A stretch of 64,000 nt of DNA from Gammaproteobacteria bacterium (GTDB lineage Bacteria; Pseudomonadota; Gammaproteobacteria; JABABF01): the NCBI GenBank assembly GCA_965215045.1, contig OZ244031.1, positions 1,476,807 to 1,540,806 on the forward strand. The letters are read 5' to 3'. Positions 49,601 to 58,166 of the stretch are shown piece after piece; the stretch's first letter is position 1; the number at the start of each line of letters is the position of its first letter. Made by a program: the position numbers and the translations under genes. The notes under the pieces were generated by a model. It made no database searches, had not been told where the DNA came from, and saw only the letters and a list, made by a program, of their open reading frames with translations.

Positions 49601-52420
49601 ATGAGTGAGCATATCGACAAACTGATTATCGCGGACCCGTACCGGGAGCCGGGCCGGCACTGGCTCTATGACCGCGAACGGCGCGAATTTGATATCGTCG
49701 AAAATCGGCGTCCCGCCGGTTATGTGCGGGCGAGTCCCAATGCAAAGAGTTTTGATGACCCGGGCATTTTCCAGGAAATTCCGCTGGTGAATCAGATCCG
49801 ACCGCGTGTCGGGGAATGGCGGGAGAAAGGCTATGCGGGAGTGAGCGGGACCACGAAACGCCTGCTGGAGCACTGGCACGGCACGAAAGAAGACCAGCGG
49901 GGACGGCCCTTTTTCTTTTGCCAGCTGGAGGCCATAGAGACACTGATCTGGTTGACGGAGGGGCCGGCCAATGAAAAGGTCGGCATCAAGATACCCGGGG
50001 ACGGCGGCGACTTCCAACGCTGGTGTTGCAAAATGGCGACAGGTTCGGGCAAAACCGTGGTCATGGCCATGATCATTGCCTGGAATTTTCTCAACAAGGT
50101 CGCCTATCCCGCAGACACGAGGTTCAGCAGGCATGCCTTGGTGATCGCCCCGGGCTTGACTATCAAAAGCCGCTTGCAGGTGCTGCAACCTTCTGATGAG
50201 AATAACTATTACGAGGCTTTTGACGTGGTTCCCTCATCGATGATGGACAAGCTGCGCCAGGGCAAAGTGCTCATACACAACTGGCATACGCTGGCCTGGG
50301 ACACGCAGGAACAGATCGATGCGAAGGTCGAGCGCGGCTCACTGCGTTCGGTGGACAAGCGTAAGCAGGTCGAAGTCAGTGACACTGTTTACATCCGGGA
50401 TGCACTGGGAGAGATGGCCCAGGCTCACAACATCATCGTGCTCAATGACGAGGCCCACCACGCCTGGCGGGTGAATCCCGAGGCGGTCAGCAAGTACAAG
50501 AGAGTGGGGCATGAGAAGGAGGAAGTGGAGCAGGCCACCGTCTGGGTGGGGGCACTGGACCGCATTCATCGGAACACGGGTATCCTGCGCTGTTTTGACT
50601 TGTCCGCCACGCCCTTTTATGTCTCGCGCAAAGCTATCGCCGAGGAGGCCCTGTTCCCCTGGATTGTCTCCGATTTTGGCTTGAATGACGCCATTGAATC
50701 CGGGCTGGTCAAAACGCCGCGCATCTCGGTGCGCGATGACAGCGTGCCCGGCAAAGACTGGAAATCGCGGCTGTATCACATTTACATGGATGACGAGGTC
50801 AAGGACGCACTCAATCGCAAGCGCGCCAAGCCTTCCGATCCCCTGCCGAAATTGATTCACGACGCTTACCAACTGCTGGGTACCGACTGGGAGGAGACCC
50901 GGGAATTCTGGGAGCGGCATGAGCATCAAACACCGCCGGTGATGATCACGGTGGTCAACCAGACGGAAAGTGCCGCGCGCATCAAGCACGCTTTTGACCA
51001 TCACAAGATGGGCGGTGAGGCATTGTGCACGCCGGAGAAAATCCTGCAGATCGACAGCAAGGTATTGAAGGATGCCGAAGAGCGGGACGTCGCCCTGGAA
51101 ACAGACGACTCGTCGGCAAACGGTAATGGCGGAAAAAAACTCACCCAGAAAGGTCGGGCTGAGTATTTGCGCCGCACCGTCGATACCATTGGCAAGCTGG
51201 GCCAGCCCGGGGAAAAGATTCAAAACGTGATTTCGGTCAACATGTTGTCGGAGGGCTGGGATGCCAAGACGGTGACGCACATCATGGGATTGCGGGCGTT
51301 TTCCAGCCAGCTGCTGTGCGAACAGGTGGTGGGCCGGGGGCTGCGCCGGATTTCCTACGATGATTTCGATGACGAAAATTTGCTGAAGCCCGAGTATGTG
51401 AATGTTTTTGGCGTGCCCTTTACTTTTCTGCCGCACGAGGGGCGCCCCGAGCCCGCCGAGCCGACCGCACCCAAGACCGAGATTCGCCCGGTGGATGAAA
51501 AACTGGAACACAAAATCGAGTTCCCTAACGTGCTGCGCATCGATTACGATTACCAGCAGCGGCTCTCTTTGGAACTGAAGGACTTGCCGGTGTTGGAACT
51601 CGACACCCGGGACCGTATTACCCAGGTGGAGTTGCAGGCGGTCATCGATGGCAAGCCCAACAACCGCGTGAGCAAGGAGATCGGCCTGCAAAGGGTCGGC
51701 GAGAAGACTCGGGTACAGACCCTGGTTTTCCAGCTCGCGCACGCCATCTACAACATGGTGAAAAGCCCGGAGTGGAAATGCCGCGACATGTTGTTTATTC
51801 AACTGGTGCGGCTGCTGGAAAAATTCATCGCCTCGGACAAGCTCCGCTTTGCACCGCCCGGGCTGAATGAAACGGAGAGGAAGATTCACCTGGTCCTGGG
51901 CCAGGAGAGAATCGCAGAACACATTCGCTCGGCATTGCAGTTGCAGGATGTCGAGCGCAAGGTGTTGGTCTTTGACGAGGGACAGGAAGTTCGTTCCACC
52001 GCCGAGGTCCGCCCCTGGTATACCGGCAAGCCCTGCGAGTGGAGCAGGAAATCTCATATCAGTCATTGCGTGTTTGACAGCCGCTGGGAGAGCAGTGCGG
52101 AATACGCCCTGGACCGTTCCCGGCAGGTGCGCTCCTTTGTCAAGAATGATCACCTGGGTTTCGTGATCTACTACATTTACCGCGGCAAACAGCGGAAGTT
52201 CTACCCGGATTTCATTATTCACCTGAGCAATGGCGAGTACCTGGTGCTGGAGATCAAGGGGCAGGATGACGAGCAGAACCGGGTCAAGAGAGAGTACCTG
52301 GAGCAGTGGGTGGAGGCGGTGAATGAGGACGGGCGGTTCGGCAAATGGCATGCGGAAGTCGCTTTTGACCCCGCGGATGTCAAGGGTATCCTCAAGCGGT
52401 ACGCCGCTTCCCGAAAATGA
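49601..52420 (+). CDS. res: Type III restriction enzyme Res subunit (SF2 DEAH helicase-like ATPase + C-terminal PD-(D/E)xK nuclease)
   Basis: Motif I CKMATGSGKTVVMAMII, motif II VLNDEAHHAW, motif III LSATP, motif VI QVVGRGLRR, and the nuclease motif YPDFIIHL....LVLEIKG. Confidence 0.85.
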   Translation: MSEHIDKLIIADPYREPGRHWLYDRERREFDIVENRRPAGYVRASPNAKSFDDPGIFQEIPLVNQIRPRVGEWREKGYAGVSGTTKRLLEHWHGTKEDQRGRPFFFCQLEAIETLIWLTEGPANEKVGIKIPGDGGDFQRWCCKMATGSGKTVVMAMIIAWNFLNKVAYPADTRFSRHALVIAPGLTIKSRLQVLQPSDENNYYEAFDVVPSSMMDKLRQGKVLIHNWHTLAWDTQEQIDAKVERGSLRSVDKRKQVEVSDTVYIRDALGEMAQAHNIIVLNDEAHHAWRVNPEAVSKYKRVGHEKEEVEQATVWVGALDRIHRNTGILRCFDLSATPFYVSRKAIAEEALFPWIVSDFGLNDAIESGLVKTPRISVRDDSVPGKDWKSRLYHIYMDDEVKDALNRKRAKPSDPLPKLIHDAYQLLGTDWEETREFWERHEHQTPPVMITVVNQTESAARIKHAFDHHKMGGEALCTPEKILQIDSKVLKDAEERDVALETDDSSANGNGGKKLTQKGRAEYLRRTVDTIGKLGQPGEKIQNVISVNMLSEGWDAKTVTHIMGLRAFSSQLLCEQVVGRGLRRISYDDFDDENLLKPEYVNVFGVPFTFLPHEGRPEPAEPTAPKTEIRPVDEKLEHKIEFPNVLRIDYDYQQRLSLELKDLPVLELDTRDRITQVELQAVIDGKPNNRVSKEIGLQRVGEKTRVQTLVFQLAHAIYNMVKSPEWKCRDMLFIQLVRLLEKFIASDKLRFAPPGLNETERKIHLVLGQERIAEHIRSALQLQDVERKVLVFDEGQEVRSTAEVRPWYTGKPCEWSRKSHISHCVFDSRWESSAEYALDRSRQVRSFVKNDHLGFVIYYIYRGKQRKFYPDFIIHLSNGEYLVLEIKGQDDEQNRVKREYLEQWVEAVNEDGRFGKWHAEVAFDPADVKGILKRYAASRK

Positions 52421-53745
52421 TGCATTCCCTGCCCGCCGAGGAATTCGCCGCACGGCGTGCGCAGCTGATGCAGCACCTGGGTGCCGACGCCATCGCCCTG
52501 TTGCCCGCTGCCCGCCGTCGCCTGCGCAACCGCGACACGGAGTACCCGTTCCGCCAGGACAGTGATTTTTATTACCTGAGCGGTTTTCCCGAGGAGGACG
52601 CGGTGCTGGTGCTGGCACCCGGGCGCAAGGAGGGGGAATACCTGCTGTTCTGCCATGAACACGACCCGGTGCGCGAACTCTGGGACGGCCCGCGCGCCGG
52701 CATGGAAGGTGCCTGTGAACGCTACGGTGCCGACCAGGCATTTCCGCTGTCGGAACTGGATCGTCGGGCACCGGAGCTGCTGGCTGCGCGCACCCGCCTG
52801 CATTACCCGCTGGGGCGGGATGCGGGTTTCGATGAGCGGGTCGGGAACTGGTTCAAGCAATTGCGCGCCGCTGCGCGCAGCGGTGTGCGTCCGCCCGAGG
52901 AAGTGCGCAACCTGGATGCACTGCTGCACGAGATGCGGCTGCGCAAGAGTGCGCGGGAACTGGAACTGATGCGCAGCGCGGGGGCTATTTCCGCGCGCGC
53001 ACACCGGCGGGCGATGGCCTGCTGCCGGCCGGGGATGCACGAGTACGAACTGGAGGCGGAGTTGCTGCACGAGTTCGTGCGCAGCGGTGCGCGTCACACG
53101 GCCTACGGCTGCATTGTCGGTGCCGGGCACAACGCCTGCGTGCTGCACTACGTGGACAACAATTCAGAACTGCAAGACGGCGACATGGTAGTCATCGATG
53201 CCGGTTGCGAACTCGATCTGTACGCCGCGGACATCACCCGCAGTTTTCCCGTCAACGGGCGTTTCAGCACCGAGCAGCGCGCGGTCTACGAGATCGTACT
53301 GCAGGCGCAGGAGGACGCCATCGCCGCAGCGCGCCCCGGCAATTCCTGGGAGTCCCTGCACCTGGCCTCGCTGCGCACCCTGGTACAGGGACTGGCGGAC
53401 CTGGAAATCCTGCAGGGAGAGGTGGATGCGCTGATCGAAGAGGAGTCCTGGAAGCCTTTTTACCCGCACCGTATCGGCCACTGGCTGGGCATGGACGTGC
53501 ACGATGCCGGCGTCTACCGCAACGGCGAGCAGTGGCGCGCACTGGAGGCCGGTATGGTCACTACCGTGGAACCCGGACTGTATTTTCGCGCCGGCACGAA
53601 AGGGCTGGACCCGCGCTGGCATGGAATTGCCGTGCGCATCGAAGACGATGTGCTGGTCGGCGAAAACGGCGCGGAGATCATTAACGGCGAACTGCCGCGC
53701 ACGGTGGAGGAGGTGGAGGAAGTGATGCGTGCGGGAGCCGCGTGA
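52417..53745 (+). CDS. pepP: Xaa-Pro aminopeptidase
   Basis: FRQDSDFYYLSGF, DGDMVVIDAG, HRIGHWLGMDVHD and VEPGLY. The ATG overlaps the res stop (ATGA). Confidence 0.9.
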   Translation: MMHSLPAEEFAARRAQLMQHLGADAIALLPAARRRLRNRDTEYPFRQDSDFYYLSGFPEEDAVLVLAPGRKEGEYLLFCHEHDPVRELWDGPRAGMEGACERYGADQAFPLSELDRRAPELLAARTRLHYPLGRDAGFDERVGNWFKQLRAAARSGVRPPEEVRNLDALLHEMRLRKSARELELMRSAGAISARAHRRAMACCRPGMHEYELEAELLHEFVRSGARHTAYGCIVGAGHNACVLHYVDNNSELQDGDMVVIDAGCELDLYAADITRSFPVNGRFSTEQRAVYEIVLQAQEDAIAAARPGNSWESLHLASLRTLVQGLADLEILQGEVDALIEEESWKPFYPHRIGHWLGMDVHDAGVYRNGEQWRALEAGMVTTVEPGLYFRAGTKGLDPRWHGIAVRIEDDVLVGENGAEIINGELPRTVEEVEEVMRAGAA

Positions 53746-54991
53746 GTGCGGCGGAGGCCGGCAGTTCGTGCACGCCGAGACACAGGGGCGTTTTGACCTG
53801 GTGATCGCCGGCGGCGGCCTGGTCGGGGCCGCCTTTGCCTGCGCGGTCTGTGCTGCGCTCGGCAGGGTCGGGGCACCGCCTGCGCGCATCGCCGTGGTAG
53901 AGCGCCGTCCCGCGAGCCTGAAAAAGGGTTTCGATGTCCCTTCCATTGCCCTGTCCCGGCGCAGCGTCGCGATCTTCAAGACACTGGAGCTGTGGCAGCT
54001 GCTGGCCCCGCGCGCCGTGCCGATGCGCCGCGTGCGCATCGGCCTGGGTGAATACCGGCACACGCTGACACTGGACGGGGCGGAGCAGGGTTGGGACAGC
54101 CTGGGCCAGGTGCTGGAGCTGCCTCATTTTCTGCACACGCTGCAGGAAGGGGCGCGCACCGCCGGTGCCAGTTTTTTCTGTCCGGAGGAGATTGCACAAG
54201 TGCAGCCGCTGGCGGGGGAGGGCTGGGAACTGCGCTGCAGTTCCGGCGCAAACCTGCGCACCCCCCTGCTGGTGGTCGCAGAAGGCGCGGCTTCGAACTT
54301 GCGGCAGCGTCTGGGAATCACCGGACTGCACAAGGACTACGGGAGCGATGCGCTGCTGCTAAACGCCACGGCGGAGGGGGTGAGCGCGGGCGAAGCCTGG
54401 GAGTGCTTTTTACGGGACGGCTCCTTTGCCCTGCTGCCGCTGCCGCCTTTTCCACGCACCAGCACCGCCGGGCGGGTGGTGCTGATCCGCGTGGCACCGC
54501 GGGAAAAATGCGAGGTGCTGCTGTCCCGGGGTGCCGAGGGCCTGGCGCGGCAGTGCGAGCATCTGCCCGTGTTCGGCGGTGCAGTGCGCCTGGGTCGGGT
54601 CGGGTGCTGTCATCGGCGTCCCCTGCGCATGTGGATTGCCGACGAGCAGCAGCGGCGCGGCCTGGTATTGCTGGGGGATGCAGCACACAGCCTGCACCCG
54701 ATCGGAGCGCAGGGTTTTAACCTGGCGATGCGGGACCTGTCGGTGCTGGCGCAGATGCTGGCCGACGCCCGGGTGCGGGGCGAATCCTGGGCAGACGCGG
54801 CCTTGCTGCGCCGCTATGAATTGCGCCGCCGCCATGATCAGCGGCGCGTGCGTCAGCTCAGTGATGTGCTGCCCGGCTTGCTGGCGGGGGATCTTTCGTT
54901 GCCGGCACCGCTGCTGGCTGCGGGCATGAAGGCGTTGGACCTGCCCACGCCGTTGAAATCCTGGTTCGTGCGTCGTGTCGCAGGATTTTGA
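53729..54991 (+). CDS. ubiH: FAD-dependent ubiquinone-biosynthesis hydroxylase (UbiH-type); start uncertain (53729 GTG or 53768 GTG)
   Basis: FDLVIAGGGLVGAAFA (GxGxxG) and GDAAHSLHPIGAQGFNLAMRD. The pepP-ubiH-ubiI gene order matches E. coli. Confidence 0.75.
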   Translation: MREPRECGGGRQFVHAETQGRFDLVIAGGGLVGAAFACAVCAALGRVGAPPARIAVVERRPASLKKGFDVPSIALSRRSVAIFKTLELWQLLAPRAVPMRRVRIGLGEYRHTLTLDGAEQGWDSLGQVLELPHFLHTLQEGARTAGASFFCPEEIAQVQPLAGEGWELRCSSGANLRTPLLVVAEGAASNLRQRLGITGLHKDYGSDALLLNATAEGVSAGEAWECFLRDGSFALLPLPPFPRTSTAGRVVLIRVAPREKCEVLLSRGAEGLARQCEHLPVFGGAVRLGRVGCCHRRPLRMWIADEQQRRGLVLLGDAAHSLHPIGAQGFNLAMRDLSVLAQMLADARVRGESWADAALLRRYELRRRHDQRRVRQLSDVLPGLLAGDLSLPAPLLAAGMKALDLPTPLKSWFVRRVAGF

Positions 54992-56222
54992 CCTGCTGAT
55001 TGTCGGCGGTGGCATCGTCGGCTGCACCCTGGCACTGTCGCTGGCGGATGCACCGCTGCGCATCGGACTGGTGGAGAGCGCGACTTTTGCCCGCGGCCGG
55101 GACTGGGAAGATGTGCCCGGGGTCGCGGGTTTCGACCTGCGGGTCAGCACCCTGAACCCGGGGGTGCAGCGCCAATTGCAGCGGCTTGCGGTATGGGAAC
55201 TGCTGGAGAGCGGGCGTCTTTGTCCCTTTGCCGGCATGGAGGTCTGGGATGCCGAGGGCAGCGGCAGCATTCGTTTCGATGCATCGGAGGCCGGCGAGGA
55301 GACTCTGGGCTGGGCGGTAGAGCACCGCCTGTTGCTGGCCGCCCTGCGCGCGCGCCTGGAGCAGGGTCGGGCGGTGCAGGTGTATGAAGGGGCGGCGGTG
55401 CGCGCCCTGGAATGCGCGGAGGCCCCGCCTCGCCTGGTGTTGGAGGATGGTTCGGAACTGCGGGCGGGATTGGTGGCGGCCGCCGACGGGGCGCGTTCCC
55501 GGGTCCGTGAATTCGCGGGTTTCAGCGTGCGCGAGCGCGATTGCGGGCAGCGCGCCCTGGTCGCCGCGGTGGAGACCGAACGCCCGCACGGCGGGGTGGC
55601 GCGGCAGGTATTCCTGCCCACCGGGCCGCTGGCCTTCCTGCCTTTGCGCGATCGCCCCCCGGCGGCGGGGGAAGAAGGTGCGGCAGGGGACAGTCATTTC
55701 TGTTCCATCGTCTGGTCTGCGGACCTGGACGAGGCGGAGCACCTGCGGGAGCTGCCGGATGCGGATTTTGCCCGCGAACTGGGGCGGGCTTTTGAACATC
55801 GCCTGGGCGAGGTGCGAACACTGGGGCCGCGCGCGGATTTTCCGCTGTGGCAGCGGCATGCGCAGGAGTATTTTCAAAACGGCGTGGTATTGCTGGGCGA
55901 TGCGGCGCACGTGCTCCATCCGCTGGCGGGCCAGGGGTTGAACCTGGGAATGCGGGATGCGGCGGTGCTGGCCGAAGAATTGCAGGCGCAACTCGCCTGC
56001 GGCATCGCCCTGGAAGCACCGCCGGCCCTGCGGCGTTACCAGCACCGCCGGCGTATGCGCAATGCGGCGATGCTGGCCGCCATGCGCGCGTTCCAGCTCT
56101 TGTTCGGTGCCCCGCAGCCCGCACTGCGCCTGCTGCGCAACATCGGCATCGATGCCGTGGACCGCATGGCACCGCTCAAGCGCCTGCTGATGATGGAGGC
56201 CCTGGGCTCACTGCCCGACTGA
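54975..56222 (+). CDS. ubiI: FAD-dependent ubiquinone-biosynthesis hydroxylase (UbiI/VisC-type)
   Basis: FDLLIVGGGIVGCTLA and GDAAHVLHPLAGQGLNLGMRD. It has a GTG start. Confidence 0.75.
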   Translation: MSQDFDLLIVGGGIVGCTLALSLADAPLRIGLVESATFARGRDWEDVPGVAGFDLRVSTLNPGVQRQLQRLAVWELLESGRLCPFAGMEVWDAEGSGSIRFDASEAGEETLGWAVEHRLLLAALRARLEQGRAVQVYEGAAVRALECAEAPPRLVLEDGSELRAGLVAAADGARSRVREFAGFSVRERDCGQRALVAAVETERPHGGVARQVFLPTGPLAFLPLRDRPPAAGEEGAAGDSHFCSIVWSADLDEAEHLRELPDADFARELGRAFEHRLGEVRTLGPRADFPLWQRHAQEYFQNGVVLLGDAAHVLHPLAGQGLNLGMRDAAVLAEELQAQLACGIALEAPPALRRYQHRRRMRNAAMLAAMRAFQLLFGAPQPALRLLRNIGIDAVDRMAPLKRLLMMEALGSLPD

Positions 56223-56243
56223 ACTCGTGATTGCAACGAGTTG

Positions 56244-56265
56244 CGCCCCGCCGCGGGGCGTTTTT
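56244..56265 (+). terminator. Rho-independent terminator after ubiI
   Basis: CGCCCCG-ccg-CGGGGCG followed by TTTTT. A second hairpin ACTCGT-gattgca-ACGAGT lies immediately upstream. Confidence 0.75.
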
Positions 56266-56509
56266 CATAACCGGGCGCCCATCCCCCGTGCCTGCATGGA
56301 CAGGACCGAATCCCCCGGCATCAGGTCGTGGTGCCGCCGTCCCCCGTGCCTGCGTGTAACAGGACCGTGCACTGTGTGTGAAGAACGGATTGGCATACCC
56401 CCCGCTTTCGCGGGTGAAGGACAAAGGGAGTTGCATTGGTGAGCAGCACCATTAAAGTGACAAATGTCCTCTCCTTTACTGATCCGACCTGATCGGCGAC
56501 CCTGTTTAA

Positions 56510-57328
56510 TTGGTCGGCGCCATCAAGGTGGCCGGGGCGGCACCTTGCAGCGGCGGCTGGGCGGTGGTCAGCATGTCGGTGAGCAGCGGGATGTGCCGGA
56601 TTTTTCTCTGCGCGGGTTTTACCGAGGTCTGCGCGCTTTCCTGGACAGTGCTCGCCGTCGAAGTGCCGATCGGTCTGCCCCCGACCATGGAGCGTGGCGG
56701 ACGGGTCGCAGATCGCGAAGCGCGCGCCCTGCTGGGACGGCGGGCGCAGGTGGTGGCGGCACCCTCCCGCAGCGTGTTGCAGGCGCGCAACTTTGCCGAA
56801 GCCAGCCGCCTGTGCCAGACAGCGGGAGCGGAGGTGCCCGCCAAGCTGAGCCGGATGGCCTTCCACCTGTTTCCCTACATCCGGGAAGTTGACCAGTACA
56901 TCAGCCCGCTGTTCCAGGAGCACATTTACGAGACGCATTCCGAACTCGCTTTCCTGGAGATGCGACGCCTCTTGCGGCCGCCCCCCCGAGTCCACCCCGG
57001 ACGCCAGCAGTGGCCTCCACCCCCCCGGGTCCGCCCCGGACGCCTGCGACTGCCTCCGCCCCGACGCACACACGACTCCCTCTTAGAGTATCCCCGGCAT
57101 TGTCCCGAGGGTGCGGCGGAACGGTGCGCGTTGCTGCGCTCACAGAATTTTTCCAACACCTTCCTGGAACAGATGCATTTTCCGAAGGGCTTCGTGCGCG
57201 AGGCGGATTTCCTGGCCGCCTGCGCCGCCTGCTGGACGGCGCGCAGGATTTTTCGGCGCGAGGAGTATATGCTTCCCGAACTGCCGCCGGAAAATGAGCA
57301 GGGCTTGCGCATGGAAAAACGCTACTGA
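56510..57328 (+). CDS. DUF429-like protein (divergent), with an internal 2 x 39-bp duplication
   Basis: VEVPIGLPP....GGRVADREARALLGRR...V.AAPSR.VL...F.EA matches the DUF429 pattern (IDIPIGL...R.CD..AR..LG.R.SSVF..P.R) with substitutions. It has a TTG/GTG start. Confidence 0.45.
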   Translation: MVGAIKVAGAAPCSGGWAVVSMSVSSGMCRIFLCAGFTEVCALSWTVLAVEVPIGLPPTMERGGRVADREARALLGRRAQVVAAPSRSVLQARNFAEASRLCQTAGAEVPAKLSRMAFHLFPYIREVDQYISPLFQEHIYETHSELAFLEMRRLLRPPPRVHPGRQQWPPPPRVRPGRLRLPPPRRTHDSLLEYPRHCPEGAAERCALLRSQNFSNTFLEQMHFPKGFVREADFLAACAACWTARRIFRREEYMLPELPPENEQGLRMEKRY

Positions 57329-57365
57329 GAGCAGCGGCGGCAGGATACGGCTATGATATGCGCCC

Positions 57366-58142
57366 ATGAACGTCCCATATCCTCAATCCCGCAAGCTGCT
57401 GGAAGGCAAAACCGTGATGGTGAGTGCCGCCGCCGGTGCCGGCATCGGTTTCGCCGCCGCCCTGCGCTGTGCGGAAGAGAGTGCAGAGGCGGTGCTCATC
57501 AGCGATATCCACGAAGCGCGGCTGGCCGGTGCGGCAGGGCAGATCAAGGAAAAGACCGGCACGGCACCGCACTTCCAGGCCTGTGATGTCCGCGATGAGG
57601 AACAGGTGCAGACCCTGTTTGCCACCGCCGTGGAAAAGATGGGGCGCGTCGATGTGCTGATCAACAATGCCGGGCTGGGCGGCTCTGCGGCACTGGTGGA
57701 CATGAGTGATGAGCAGTGGCACACGGTACTGGATGTGAGCCTGAACGGTGCCTTCCGCATGACCCGTGCCGGTTTGCGCCACATGCGCGAACGGGGTGCC
57801 GGCGTGATCGTCAACAACGCCTCGGTGCTGGGCTGGCGCGCCCAGAAAGAACAGGCGCACTACGCTGCCGCCAAGGCCGGGGTCATGGCCCTGACCCGCT
57901 GTGCCGCCCTGGAGGCGGCCGAATACGGAGTGCGCGTCAATGCCGTCGCTCCCAGCATCGCCATGCACCCTTATCTGAACCGCGTCACCCCCGACGAAGT
58001 GCTGCAGGAGCTGATCTCCAGGGAGGCCTTCGGGCGCGCGGCGGAACCCTGGGAGGTGGCCAACGTAATGGTGTTCCTGGCCTCCGAGTACTCCTCCTAC
58101 ATGACCGGCGAGGTGATTTCGGTCAGCAGCCAGCACCCCTGA
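57366..58142 (+). CDS. SDR-family oxidoreductase
   Basis: VMVSAAAGAGIGFA, NNAGLGG and YAAAKAGV. Confidence 0.8.
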   Translation: MNVPYPQSRKLLEGKTVMVSAAAGAGIGFAAALRCAEESAEAVLISDIHEARLAGAAGQIKEKTGTAPHFQACDVRDEEQVQTLFATAVEKMGRVDVLINNAGLGGSAALVDMSDEQWHTVLDVSLNGAFRMTRAGLRHMRERGAGVIVNNASVLGWRAQKEQAHYAAAKAGVMALTRCAALEAAEYGVRVNAVAPSIAMHPYLNRVTPDEVLQELISREAFGRAAEPWEVANVMVFLASEYSSYMTGEVISVSSQHP

Positions 58143-58166
58143 ACGGGACGCTCGCCGGCGTCTGCT

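Noticed and set aside
50339-52771. 810-aa minus-strand ORF antisense to res and pepP
   Set aside because: It spans two unrelated, well-supported plus-strand genes and has no motifs, so it is a shadow ORF. The same reasoning applies to 40815..42428, 43999..44901 and 46822..47967, which are antisense to the mod copies.
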